Shown one piece after another: positions 44,581-52,240 of a DNA stretch of 64,000 nt. The position numbers and the translations under genes were made by a program. The DNA lies in assembly GCA_050693035.1 (NCBI GenBank), contig JBOGWB010000009.1:4021-68020 (forward strand). Reading direction: 5' to 3'. Origin of the DNA: Actinomycetota bacterium. Its GTDB lineage: Bacteria; Actinomycetota; UBA4738; CALAEC01. Below the pieces are notes generated by a model. The model was not told where the DNA came from. It saw nothing but the letters and a program-made list of their open reading frames with translations, and ran no database searches. Position 1 is the first letter of the stretch. Each line of letters begins with the position of its first letter.

Positions 44581-45378
44581 ATGACGGGGGGGATCCGAGC
44601 CGGCGACGTCACGATCCGCGAGCTGTCCTCGCTCGAGGACGTTCGGGCGATGGCCACCTTGCTGGAACGGATCTGGGCGGAGCCGCGGATCCTCACCGCC
44701 GAGCTGCTCAGGGCACTGGCCACTCACGGCAACCCAGTCATCGGTGCGTTCGTGGAGGACCAGCTCGTCGGGGCACAGATGGCCTTCCTCGGCCTGGAGG
44801 ACGGCCGCCCGATCCTCCACTCCCACGTCACCGGGATCGCCCCGGAGACCCAGCACCACGGCGTCGGGTTCCTCCTGAAGCTGGCACAGCGGGATTGGGC
44901 GCTGGCGCACCGCATCGACGTGATCACGTGGACGTTCGACCCGATGATCGCCCGCAACGCCTACTTCAACATCCGCAAGCTGGGCGCGATCGGGAGCCGG
45001 TTCCTGCGCGACTTCTACGGGACCATGGACGACGCGTTCAACACAGGCGAGCGGAGCGATCGGATCGAGGCCCGGTGGGAGCTCCGGCACCCACGTGTGG
45101 AGGCCGCGCTGCGCGGCGGGAGATCCGGCCCAGACGAGATTGGGGCCGCAGCGATCCTCGACGACGAGGATGGTGAGCCCCGGATGCATCCTGAGCGAGA
45201 GGGCGAGCGACTCCTGGTGCGGGTGCCGCCCGACTACCTCGCCCTGCGGGAGAAGGATCGCCAGGCCGCACGGGCCTGGCGCGACGCCGTGGCCGACGCG
45301 CTCGAGGAGGCCTTCCGGCGGGGCTTCCGGGCCACCGGGTTCGAGCGTGACGGCGGCTACCTGCTGGAGCGGGCGTGA
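44581..45378 (+). CDS. GNAT-like acyltransferase family protein
   Basis: Trimmed to the ATG at 44581. HVTGIAPETQHHGVGFLLKLAQRDWAL...TWTFDPMIARNAYFNIRKLG resembles a GNAT-related family often found beside menC-like genes (from memory). Confidence 0.55.
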   Translation: MTGGIRAGDVTIRELSSLEDVRAMATLLERIWAEPRILTAELLRALATHGNPVIGAFVEDQLVGAQMAFLGLEDGRPILHSHVTGIAPETQHHGVGFLLKLAQRDWALAHRIDVITWTFDPMIARNAYFNIRKLGAIGSRFLRDFYGTMDDAFNTGERSDRIEARWELRHPRVEAALRGGRSGPDEIGAAAILDDEDGEPRMHPEREGERLLVRVPPDYLALREKDRQAARAWRDAVADALEEAFRRGFRATGFERDGGYLLERA

Positions 45379-46496
45379 GCCGGGCGGCCAGGGCGGACCT
45401 GCTGCTCGTACCGGACCACCTCGCGGCGGTGGAGCTCCTACGCATCCGGCTGCCCCTCCGCCGCCCCTTCACCACGTCGCAGTGGACCAGCACGGAGAAG
45501 GACGCCGTGCTCGTCCGGGCGGTGGGTGAGGACGGCGTCGAGGGGTGGGGGGAGTGCGTGGCCGGGGAGGGCCCCTGGTACTCGTCGGAGTGGACGGACG
45601 GCGCGTGGCTGGTGCTCCGGGACTTCCTCGTTCCGGCCGCCCTCGACGGCCGCGGGCACGGCGTGCGCGGGCATCCCATGGCGGCCGCGGCGCTCCAGCT
45701 CGCCCTGGTCGACCTGGCGCTCCGGCGGCGAGGCGTGAGCCTGTCGGCCCACCTCGACGGGGTTCGCGACCGCGTCGAATGCGGGGTGAGCCTGGGGCTA
45801 GAGGACAGCATCAACGATCTGGTTTCGGAAGTGGAGCGGTTCGTTCGCGCGGGATATCGCCGGGTGAAGCTGAAGATCAAGCCCGGCGCCGACATCGAGC
45901 TGGTTCGCGCGGTGCGGGGTTCCTTCCCTGCCGTCCCGCTCACCGTCGATGCAAATACGGCCTACTCCCTCGATGACGCCGACCACCTCGCGGAGCTCGA
46001 CACGTTCGGCCTCGAGTACATCGAGCAACCCCTCGGCCCCGATCGCCTTCTCGACCACGCCGAGCTCCAACAGAAGGTGTCCACGCCGATCTGCCTGGAC
46101 GAGACCATCACCTCCGCGGCGGTCGCCGCGGACGCCATCCGGATCGGCGCGTGCCGGGTCATCAACATCAAGCTCGGACGGGTGGGAGGCCTGGCCGAGG
46201 CGGTGGGCATCCACGACCTGGCCAAGGAGGCGGGCGTCCCGGTGTGGTGTGGGGGGATGCTCGAGACGGGGATCGGCCGGGCCACGAACCTGGCCCTCGC
46301 CTCGCTGGCGAACTTCGTCCTCCCCGGCGACACCAGCGCCTCGGACCGTTACTTCGACCGGGACTTGACCGAGCCGTTCGTGGTCGAACCCGACGGGACC
46401 ATGGCGGTCCCCCAGGGACCGGGCATCGGCGTCGATCCGCTCCCCGACGCCCTGGCAGCGGCCACGGTGGAACGGCTCATCATCCGGCCCCGCTGA
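45375..46496 (+). CDS. menC: enolase-superfamily o-succinylbenzoate synthase / N-succinylamino acid racemase family
   Basis: GTGA overlap with the GNAT stop. Carries the KLKIKPG (KxK), DANTAY, IEQPL and CLDE metal-ligand and catalytic-Lys pattern of OSBS/NSAR. Confidence 0.82.
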   Translation: MSRAARADLLLVPDHLAAVELLRIRLPLRRPFTTSQWTSTEKDAVLVRAVGEDGVEGWGECVAGEGPWYSSEWTDGAWLVLRDFLVPAALDGRGHGVRGHPMAAAALQLALVDLALRRRGVSLSAHLDGVRDRVECGVSLGLEDSINDLVSEVERFVRAGYRRVKLKIKPGADIELVRAVRGSFPAVPLTVDANTAYSLDDADHLAELDTFGLEYIEQPLGPDRLLDHAELQQKVSTPICLDETITSAAVAADAIRIGACRVINIKLGRVGGLAEAVGIHDLAKEAGVPVWCGGMLETGIGRATNLALASLANFVLPGDTSASDRYFDRDLTEPFVVEPDGTMAVPQGPGIGVDPLPDALAAATVERLIIRPR

Positions 46497-46600
46497 CCGG
46501 TCCGGGTCCCCCGCCCGGCCGACGGTGAAGTTCACACGGTCGGCCGATACCGGAGATTGCGGGCCGCTGTCACAATCCGCCTTACGCCAGGAGGGTAACC

Positions 46601-47020
46601 ATGGCCGTGAGGATCATCGTGGTGGACGATCAACCGACGGTCCGCCTGCACGTCCGAGCGGCCATCGACGCGGCCCGTGATCTCGAAGTGGTGGGCGAGG
46701 CCACGCCGGGATCCGCCGCCATGGCCCTGGTCGCCATGGTCCATCCCGACATCGTGCTGGTCGACGTGCACACCTCTCCCGCCACCGGGCTGGGCATGAC
46801 CCGGCTGGTACACAGCCGATTCCCCAACGTGCGGGTGGTGGCGGTGGGCGAGCCCGACCGGGCGGTCCATGACGAAGCCGTCCGGGCCGGAGCCTGGGCC
46901 TTCGTCCCCACCACGTGGAAGGGCGAGGACGTGGCACAGGTCGTCCGGTCGGTGGCAAGCGGCTCGCGCCGTGGCGTCGTGGACCTCACGGCTGCATCGC
47001 AACGCGCCTCGCCCCGTTGA
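46601..47020 (+). CDS. stand-alone receiver-domain response regulator
   Basis: 139 aa, RIIVVDDQP...DIVLVDVHT...VVAVG. Clear paralogue of the receiver at 43422..43800. Confidence 0.8.
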   Translation: MAVRIIVVDDQPTVRLHVRAAIDAARDLEVVGEATPGSAAMALVAMVHPDIVLVDVHTSPATGLGMTRLVHSRFPNVRVVAVGEPDRAVHDEAVRAGAWAFVPTTWKGEDVAQVVRSVASGSRRGVVDLTAASQRASPR

Positions 47021-47165
47021 TCTCGGGAGCGCGCCGGGCGCGTCGACGCTCGGCCGCTCCCGGCAACCTCGCGACGGGGCCCCTGACCCCCTCCCACCGC
47101 CGCGCCGGGGGCCCCGACGCGGTCCTGTGCGCCCGGATCTCCCCTGTAGGATGGCGCCCGAGCGG

Positions 47166-47435
47166 ATGCAGGCCGAACGGACCGTGGTGGTGATGCCCGA
47201 GGTCGGTCTGCACGCTCGCGTGGCGGCCAACTTCGTGAAGGTGGCGGCCGGTTTCTCCTCCACGATCCGGGTTCGCCACGGAGATCGAGAGGCCAACGGC
47301 AAGAGCATCCTCGAGATCCTCACGTTGGGAGCCGCTCACCGCGCCGAGGTCACCATCCGCGCGGACGGAGAGGATGCCGAGAAGGCCCTCGACTCCCTCG
47401 AGGCCCTCTTGTCCAAGGAAGAAGCCTCCCCCTAG
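47166..47435 (+). CDS. ptsH: phosphocarrier protein HPr
   Basis: ERTVVVMPEVGLHARVAANFV (His15 context) and ANGKSILEILTLG (Ser46 context). Alternative ATG at 47151. Confidence 0.8.
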   Translation: MQAERTVVVMPEVGLHARVAANFVKVAAGFSSTIRVRHGDREANGKSILEILTLGAAHRAEVTIRADGEDAEKALDSLEALLSKEEASP

Positions 47436-48163
47436 TCCGGTTCTCCCCGCGCTGCGAGCAGTGATTCGGCCACCGAGAGATCCTCCGGGAAGGTGATCTT
47501 GATGTTGTCGGGTTCACCGAGGACGACGCGCACGCTCACCCCGGAGCGCTCCACGGTCGACGAGGTGTCGGAGCCCTCGCGTCCTTCCTTCTCCGCCTGG
47601 AGGAACGCCTCCAACAGGACCTCGCCTCTGAACGCTTGGGGCGTCTGGGCCCGCCACAGGCCCTCCGTCGGCACCGGCGTGGGGGGGCCCCGATCCTCGA
47701 TCCGAGCGAGGTGGTCTGCCGGATCGACGGGAAGCGCCAGGATGGCCCCGCCGGTGTCGCGGGCAGCAGCCAGGAGCTCTTCGAGCCGTTCGCCCCGATA
47801 CAGGGGACGGGCTGCGTCGTGGATCGCGATCAGCTCGATCTCGTCGCGCTCGATCCGGGGAGCCAAGCCGCCGACGGCCAGCGACTCGGAAGCGTGGCGA
47901 GTCGCGCCGCCCGGGATGACCATCACATCGCCCATCCTCGCCCGCCGGAGCTCCTCGGCACAGGAACCCATCTCCTCCGCCGCGGCCACCACGATCACCT
48001 CGTCGATCGCGGAGTGCTCGGCGAACGGACGGGTCGCGCGCACCAGGATGGACTCGCCGGCGAGCGGCAGCAGGACCTTGCTGGGAACGCCACCGCCGAG
48101 GCGCACCCCCCGACCGGCTGCAAGGATCACGGCGACGGTGCGACCCACGGCCATCTTCTTCAC
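47432..48163 (-). CDS. ispD: 2-C-methyl-D-erythritol 4-phosphate cytidylyltransferase
   Basis: VILAAGRGVRLGG...K, VIPGGATRHAS and IHDAARP motifs. 4-nt convergent overlap with ptsH. Confidence 0.9.
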   Translation of the reverse strand: MKKMAVGRTVAVILAAGRGVRLGGGVPSKVLLPLAGESILVRATRPFAEHSAIDEVIVVAAAEEMGSCAEELRRARMGDVMVIPGGATRHASESLAVGGLAPRIERDEIELIAIHDAARPLYRGERLEELLAAARDTGGAILALPVDPADHLARIEDRGPPTPVPTEGLWRAQTPQAFRGEVLLEAFLQAEKEGREGSDTSSTVERSGVSVRVVLGEPDNIKITFPEDLSVAESLLAARGEPD

Positions 48164-48202
48164 GAAACGAGGCTCCGCATCCGGTTCGCGGAGCCCCCTA
48201 CC

Positions 48203-48249
48203 GTGGGCGCTGGAGGATTTGAACCTCCGACCTCTTCCGTGTCAAGGAA
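48203..48249. repeat. distal 47-bp direct repeat: orphan copy of the 3' half of tRNA-Val(GAC)
   Basis: gtgggcgctggaggatttgaacctccgacctcttccgtgtcaaggaa is identical to 51890..51936. The sequence diverges immediately on both sides. Confidence 0.85.
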
Positions 48250-48429
48250 AACCGGCCCGAATAGTTGACCTGCGGAAAGTGACAAAACCCCTGTTCGCCC
48301 TTCTGACGGTGCATGACCACTCTGTCAGGCTCTGACGCACTCTGCCGAGTCTTCTGCGGCCTTTTTGCGGCCTCGTGGAGACAAGACTACAGGGGGGCGG
48401 CGGGCCGAGAGCCGGGCGACAATCTACGG

Positions 48430-48870
48430 CTAATCCGTGTCCTCGGGCCTGGGTCTCATGCACCACTCATCCCAGGTGTTGCGGGCCTCGTCCGGGGTCA
48501 TTGCGCCAATTTCTCTTTCGGGAAGCCCCACCAACTCCCGAAGATTCTTCACCAGCCACAGGGGCTTGGGTTCCCCTGGGGGTGGTTGTATCTCTTGTAC
48601 TCCTCGGTTGGGCGCGATTCCCTGATCCACGGCCGCCCAAAACTCTTCCTCTGTCACTTCCAGCTGGTCGCGGAGGATATGACCCCACGTATCCCTTGAC
48701 CGATACTCGCCCGACCCATGGGAAATTCGGGTGTAGAGCACCCTGCCGTCTGGGAGGCGCTTGGTGTACCTGCGGTGGTTCCCCAGCTTCTTTCCAGGCT
48801 TAGCGGCCGCTTCTTGCCAGCTGTCCACCTCGCAGAACCGGCGGTGCTGCTTGAAGGTCGGAAGCTTCAT
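48430..48870 (-). CDS. HicA-like toxin-domain protein with C-terminal extension
   Basis: MKLPTFKQHRRFCEVDSW...GNHRRYTKRLPDGRVLYTRISHGSGEY resembles the HicA/YcfA fold pattern (G-H...H-G). Its 5' end overlaps the antitoxin gene. Confidence 0.45.
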   Translation of the reverse strand: MKLPTFKQHRRFCEVDSWQEAAAKPGKKLGNHRRYTKRLPDGRVLYTRISHGSGEYRSRDTWGHILRDQLEVTEEEFWAAVDQGIAPNRGVQEIQPPPGEPKPLWLVKNLRELVGLPEREIGAMTPDEARNTWDEWCMRPRPEDTD

Positions 48871-49300
48871 CCTGGTCGATGAGCAATTGTCGGATGGCTT
48901 CGGGCCTGTCGGCCAGCTGAATCCGATGGACCCAGCCCGAGCGGGCCTCGTGGTTTGGCGCTCGGTTCAGCTCCTCCTCCTGCCACGCCTCAACATAGTC
49001 GATCACCGCCAATACGAGATCGTCCATAGCTTCGTCGAGGTCGGATCCCTGACCAAAAACGGCCAGCTCGGGGAGCCAGATCGAGGTTCCGGCTTCCTCG
49101 AAGTAGACCTGGGGGCTGAAGGGAAAGGCCCTCGCAAGGAGCCGATCATGCTCTCGGGCGTCCACAAGGGCCACGCCCTTCTCGCCCCGACGCTCGATCA
49201 CGGCAATGTTGCCCGAGAGGACCCTATCCAGCAGGTCAGCCAGCATCTGGCGCGCAGCAGCGACCCCAAAATGCGTATTTAGTCCGAGCTCAGCTCCCAT
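48800..49300 (-). CDS. antitoxin (Phd/YefM-like N-terminus, HicB-like C-terminal part)
   Basis: ATG at 49300 with GAGAGGAGG 8 nt upstream. AAARQMLADLLDRVLSGNIAVIERRGEKGVALV (Phd-like), then IWLPELAVFGQGSDLDEAMDDLVLAVIDY (HicB-like). Confidence 0.5.
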   Translation of the reverse strand: MGAELGLNTHFGVAAARQMLADLLDRVLSGNIAVIERRGEKGVALVDAREHDRLLARAFPFSPQVYFEEAGTSIWLPELAVFGQGSDLDEAMDDLVLAVIDYVEAWQEEELNRAPNHEARSGWVHRIQLADRPEAIRQLLIDQDEASDLQAAPPVLRGGQLARSGR

Positions 49301-49348
49301 CGGCGCGGCCTCCTCTCGCAAGAGAGTTTACCCCTTCCAGCTGATTCT

Positions 49349-49380
49349 GTACAGGGAGTACATCCTGTCCACGGTGTACA
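49349..49380. promoter_or_regulatory. possible TA operator (three GTACA cores)
   Basis: TGTACAgggaGTACAtcctgtccacggTGTACA lies 50-80 nt upstream of the antitoxin start, in an AT-richer stretch. Confidence 0.25.
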
Positions 49381-49679
49381 CTTCGGCCGCCTTACCTTAA
49401 GTCTTGAGGGAACCCAAGACAGATTCGCCATCTAATTCGCTTCCAAGGTCACCTGCCGCCGTTGCCGTCCGATTCGGTCCACGGGAGTCCGGGGGCAGGG
49501 CCTCTGGTCTTATCTAAATCACTACTGGACCGCCGAACGGCCTCCCGTGACGCAGTTGCGGAACGTTTCGGCAACGCGCGAGTCTCGCGCCACGCTGGGG
49601 CAATCCCTCTGCCAGCCAGGCCCCCCATCCTCCCTGGGCGGGGATCAGTAGGTGAGGAAGCTCTCCTCAACTCTGATCG

Positions 49680-50429
49680 TCATCCAATGATGAAGCCCCC
49701 TTCTTGGGTAGCAGGCAACGGTGTATCCTGAGGTTCCACTCGATGCCGGACAGTGGCCTTGCGGATCAGCCGCTCACGGCGTCGTCGGTGCTGGATCAGG
49801 TCGGAAATCGAGATGATCCTGACCCCGCGTTCCCGGGCCACCCGGACGAGATCGGGGAGCCGGGCCATGGTGCCATCGGGGTGCATGATCTCGCAGATCA
49901 CCCCCGCGGGGAACAGCCCCGCGAGCCTCGCCAGGTCCACACCGGCCTCGGTATGCCCGGCCCGCCGGAGCACCCCGCCCTCGGCGGCCCGGAGGGGGAA
50001 TATGTGGCCCGGCATCTGGACGTCCTCAGGCCTAGTGTCCGGATCGCACACCGTGCGGATCGTGGCCGCCCGATCGTAGGCGCTGGTACCCGTGGTGATC
50101 CCCAGCCGGGCGTCGATGGATACAGTGAAGGCCGTCTTTCTTTCATCAAATGGGCCGACCATCAGCGGGATTCGGAGCTCGTCCAGGCGCCGGCCTTCCA
50201 CCGGCATGCAGATGATCCCCCGGCCGTGGGTAGCCATGAAGTTGATAGCGTCCGGGGTCGCCTTCTCCGCAGCCATGATGAAGTCGCCCTCGTTCTCTCG
50301 GTCCGCGTCGTCGACCACGATGACTATGCGGCCCTGTCGGATGTCCTCGATGGCCTCTTCGATCCGGGCGAAGACGCCATCTGGACGAACCGTCGCCCGA
50401 CCCGCCTTCTCCACGATGTCCTCCGTCAC
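49680..50429 (-). pseudogene. ribBA: 3'-truncated ribBA: DHBP synthase domain intact, GTP cyclohydrolase II domain missing
   Basis: DHBP synthase motifs ([36 protein letters not shown]). The ORF stops at ...[12 protein letters not shown], right where the GCH-II domain should begin. Non-coding low-GC DNA follows. Confidence 0.65.
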
Positions 50430-50852
50430 ACGTCGTTCCCAAACAGTCCCTCGACGTAGTTCGCTAGCATGTCGACCTCGATGTTCACGGGTCTCCCGAT
50501 CTCCGCTCGCTGAGAGTGGTCAGGGCGAGCGCCTGCGGCACCAGAGCGACGGTGAAAGCCTGAGCGTCAACGGACTCCACGGAGAGGCTCACCGCGTCGA
50601 CCGAGACAGATCCCTGCTCCACGACGTACCAACGGAGGCCGTCCGACAAGCGGCTCGGCATCACACCGCCGCCCTCGCTCGCCTCCACCGGTTCGACGAT
50701 CCCCCGGCTGTCCGTGTGGCCCTGCACCAGGTGCCCACCGCCTCGGCCATTCCTTTGGACTCCTCCCTCGTAGCGTAAACGAAGCACCAAGAACACTTCA
50801 CGCGAGAGGCCAGCGACTCCACCCGAACGAGATCTCGTCTAAGAGTCGGCAC
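50426..50852 (-). pseudogene. ribE: riboflavin synthase (ribE) remnant, frameshifted and 5'-decayed
   Basis: The C-barrel is readable (GGHLVQGHTD...SVSVDAVSLSV). The frame breaks at about 50488, after which [20 protein letters not shown] continues at +1 to a TGA overlapping the ribBA GTG. Confidence 0.6.
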
Positions 50853-51020
50853 GCGAGCCAGCGTCTATCTTCCGAGCATCGGGTCGCGTCGTTCAGCGTG
50901 AGGGTGGAACCCGCCGGGAGGAGGCAAACGGCGAGCTGACGACGGTTGGCTGATGCTCACCTGCGGAATGGAGAAGCAGAATCCTAGCACCAATTGGGGG
51001 GCGAAGGCGACTTGGCCTCC

Positions 51021-51448
51021 TTACCCAGGAGGGTTGGCTGAACCCAGGATTCCGGAGAGCTGCAACAGGTAGCTGGAATCATAATAGCTCCAGCGCTCCG
51101 TGATCTTTCCCCCTCAATGCGCAGAATCGTTACGCCCGAGATCGCAATCCGCTTCCCTGTGGGTGCGATTCCTCTCCACTTCCCCTGGTGGGTTCCTTCC
51201 GCGGTCCACCGTATAGCCACCTTGTTGTCCTCGGAAACAAGATCCTCGACTCTGTTAAAGAGATCAGGAAACGCAGAACGCGTCATCCGAATTAGATCCT
51301 TGTGCTCCTCCAAGGAGGACGTCTCTCCGGCCGAGGCCCCATGGTCAACGAAGTCTGGAGTCATGAGATCGTCTAGAACATCTAGGTTTCCCCTGTTCCA
51401 AGCATTATCGACATAACGAATCGCCATCTCTTTGAAATCCCGAGTCAT
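51021..51448 (-). pseudogene. SnoaL-like ester cyclase with a frameshift in a G-run
   Basis: The N-terminal 115 aa fit the family (VDNAWNRGNLDVLDDLMTPDFVDH...FPDL...GTHQG...GIAPTGKR). The expected tail GGKITERWSYYDSSYLLQLSGILG is readable only after a 1-nt shift at the C5 run 51109..51113. Confidence 0.65.
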
Positions 51449-51887
51449 CGTTTCTTATCATCTCTCGGAGATGGCTCGAGGTCAAGGCATCGCCCTGACT
51501 CATATCGATCCTGCTGTCTGTGTTCCTGCTAAGGGCGAAACAGGACCAGTCCTCTGTTGGGAACAATCAATGGAACTCTTAGAAGCGACCCGGCCAACTC
51601 ATCTAGCTCTCGGTTCAGGGCACCGACGGATGTTCTGCTGCTCACCCACGGCAACCGGTATGGCTCGTGGTTGCTATGTTCCCCCACTCGGGAGACCTCT
51701 GGCCCCCACGCCTCCGGATCACGTCTAAGCAAGAGTGCGATGGACTGAGGAGCTGATGCCGCTGCGCCAACCATCCCAACTCGTTGGGTAGCTCGGCGTG
51801 GCAACTTTTCGGCAACTTTTTCGCAGAGCAAGCAGAGTTCTACGCGCCTGTGAAAACGAGAAAAGACCCTATGACCAGGGCCTTTAC

Positions 51888-51962
51888 TGGTGGGCGCTGG
51901 AGGATTTGAACCTCCGACCTCTTCCGTGTCAAGGAAGCGCTCTCCCCCTGAGCTAAGCGCCC
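51888..51962 (-). tRNA. tRNA-Val (anticodon GAC), CCA encoded
   Basis: GGGCGCT/TA/GCTC-AGGGGGA-GAGC/G/CTTCC-TTGACAC-GGAAG/AGGTC/GGAGG-TTCAAAT-CCTCC/AGCGCCC/A/CCA, 75 nt. Confidence 0.92.
51890..51936. repeat. proximal 47-bp direct repeat, inside the intact tRNA-Val(GAC)
   Basis: Identical to 48203..48249. Spans from the anticodon stem through the acceptor 3' strand. Confidence 0.85.
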
Positions 51963-51985
51963 GAGATCGTGGGGATGATACCGAG

Positions 51986-52056
51986 AGGCGGGGAGCGGAA
52001 TCGAACCGCTGTGCGGGGCTTTGCAGGCCCCTGCCTAACCACTCGGCCACCCCGCC
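51986..52056 (-). tRNA. tRNA-Cys (anticodon GCA)
   Basis: GGCGGGG acceptor, anticodon arm GGGGC-CTGCAAA-GCCCC, T-arm AGCGG-TTCGATT-CCGCT, and discriminator U as expected for Cys. Confidence 0.88.
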
Positions 52057-52240
52057 GTGCCGGCACCAGTCTACGACCACAGGAAAGACGCCGAAACCGG
52101 GCCCAGGGAAGCGAACCACCGGGTCCGAAGCCGCCACCCTCACCTTGGCGAAGGCCGCCGACGTCCCTCCACCGTCGTTCGCCTCAGCGCAGCCTAGCAG
52201 GTGAGGGCACGGTTCCCTCCAGCGATGGCACACTGGGATC

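Larger units (their letters stand above)
48203..51936. mobile_element. putative decayed integrative element or genomic islet inserted at tRNA-Val(GAC)
   Basis: Bounded by perfect 47-bp direct repeats covering the tRNA 3' half. The interior is visibly lower in GC and carries a TA pair plus three broken genes. No recombinase ORF found. Confidence 0.45.
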
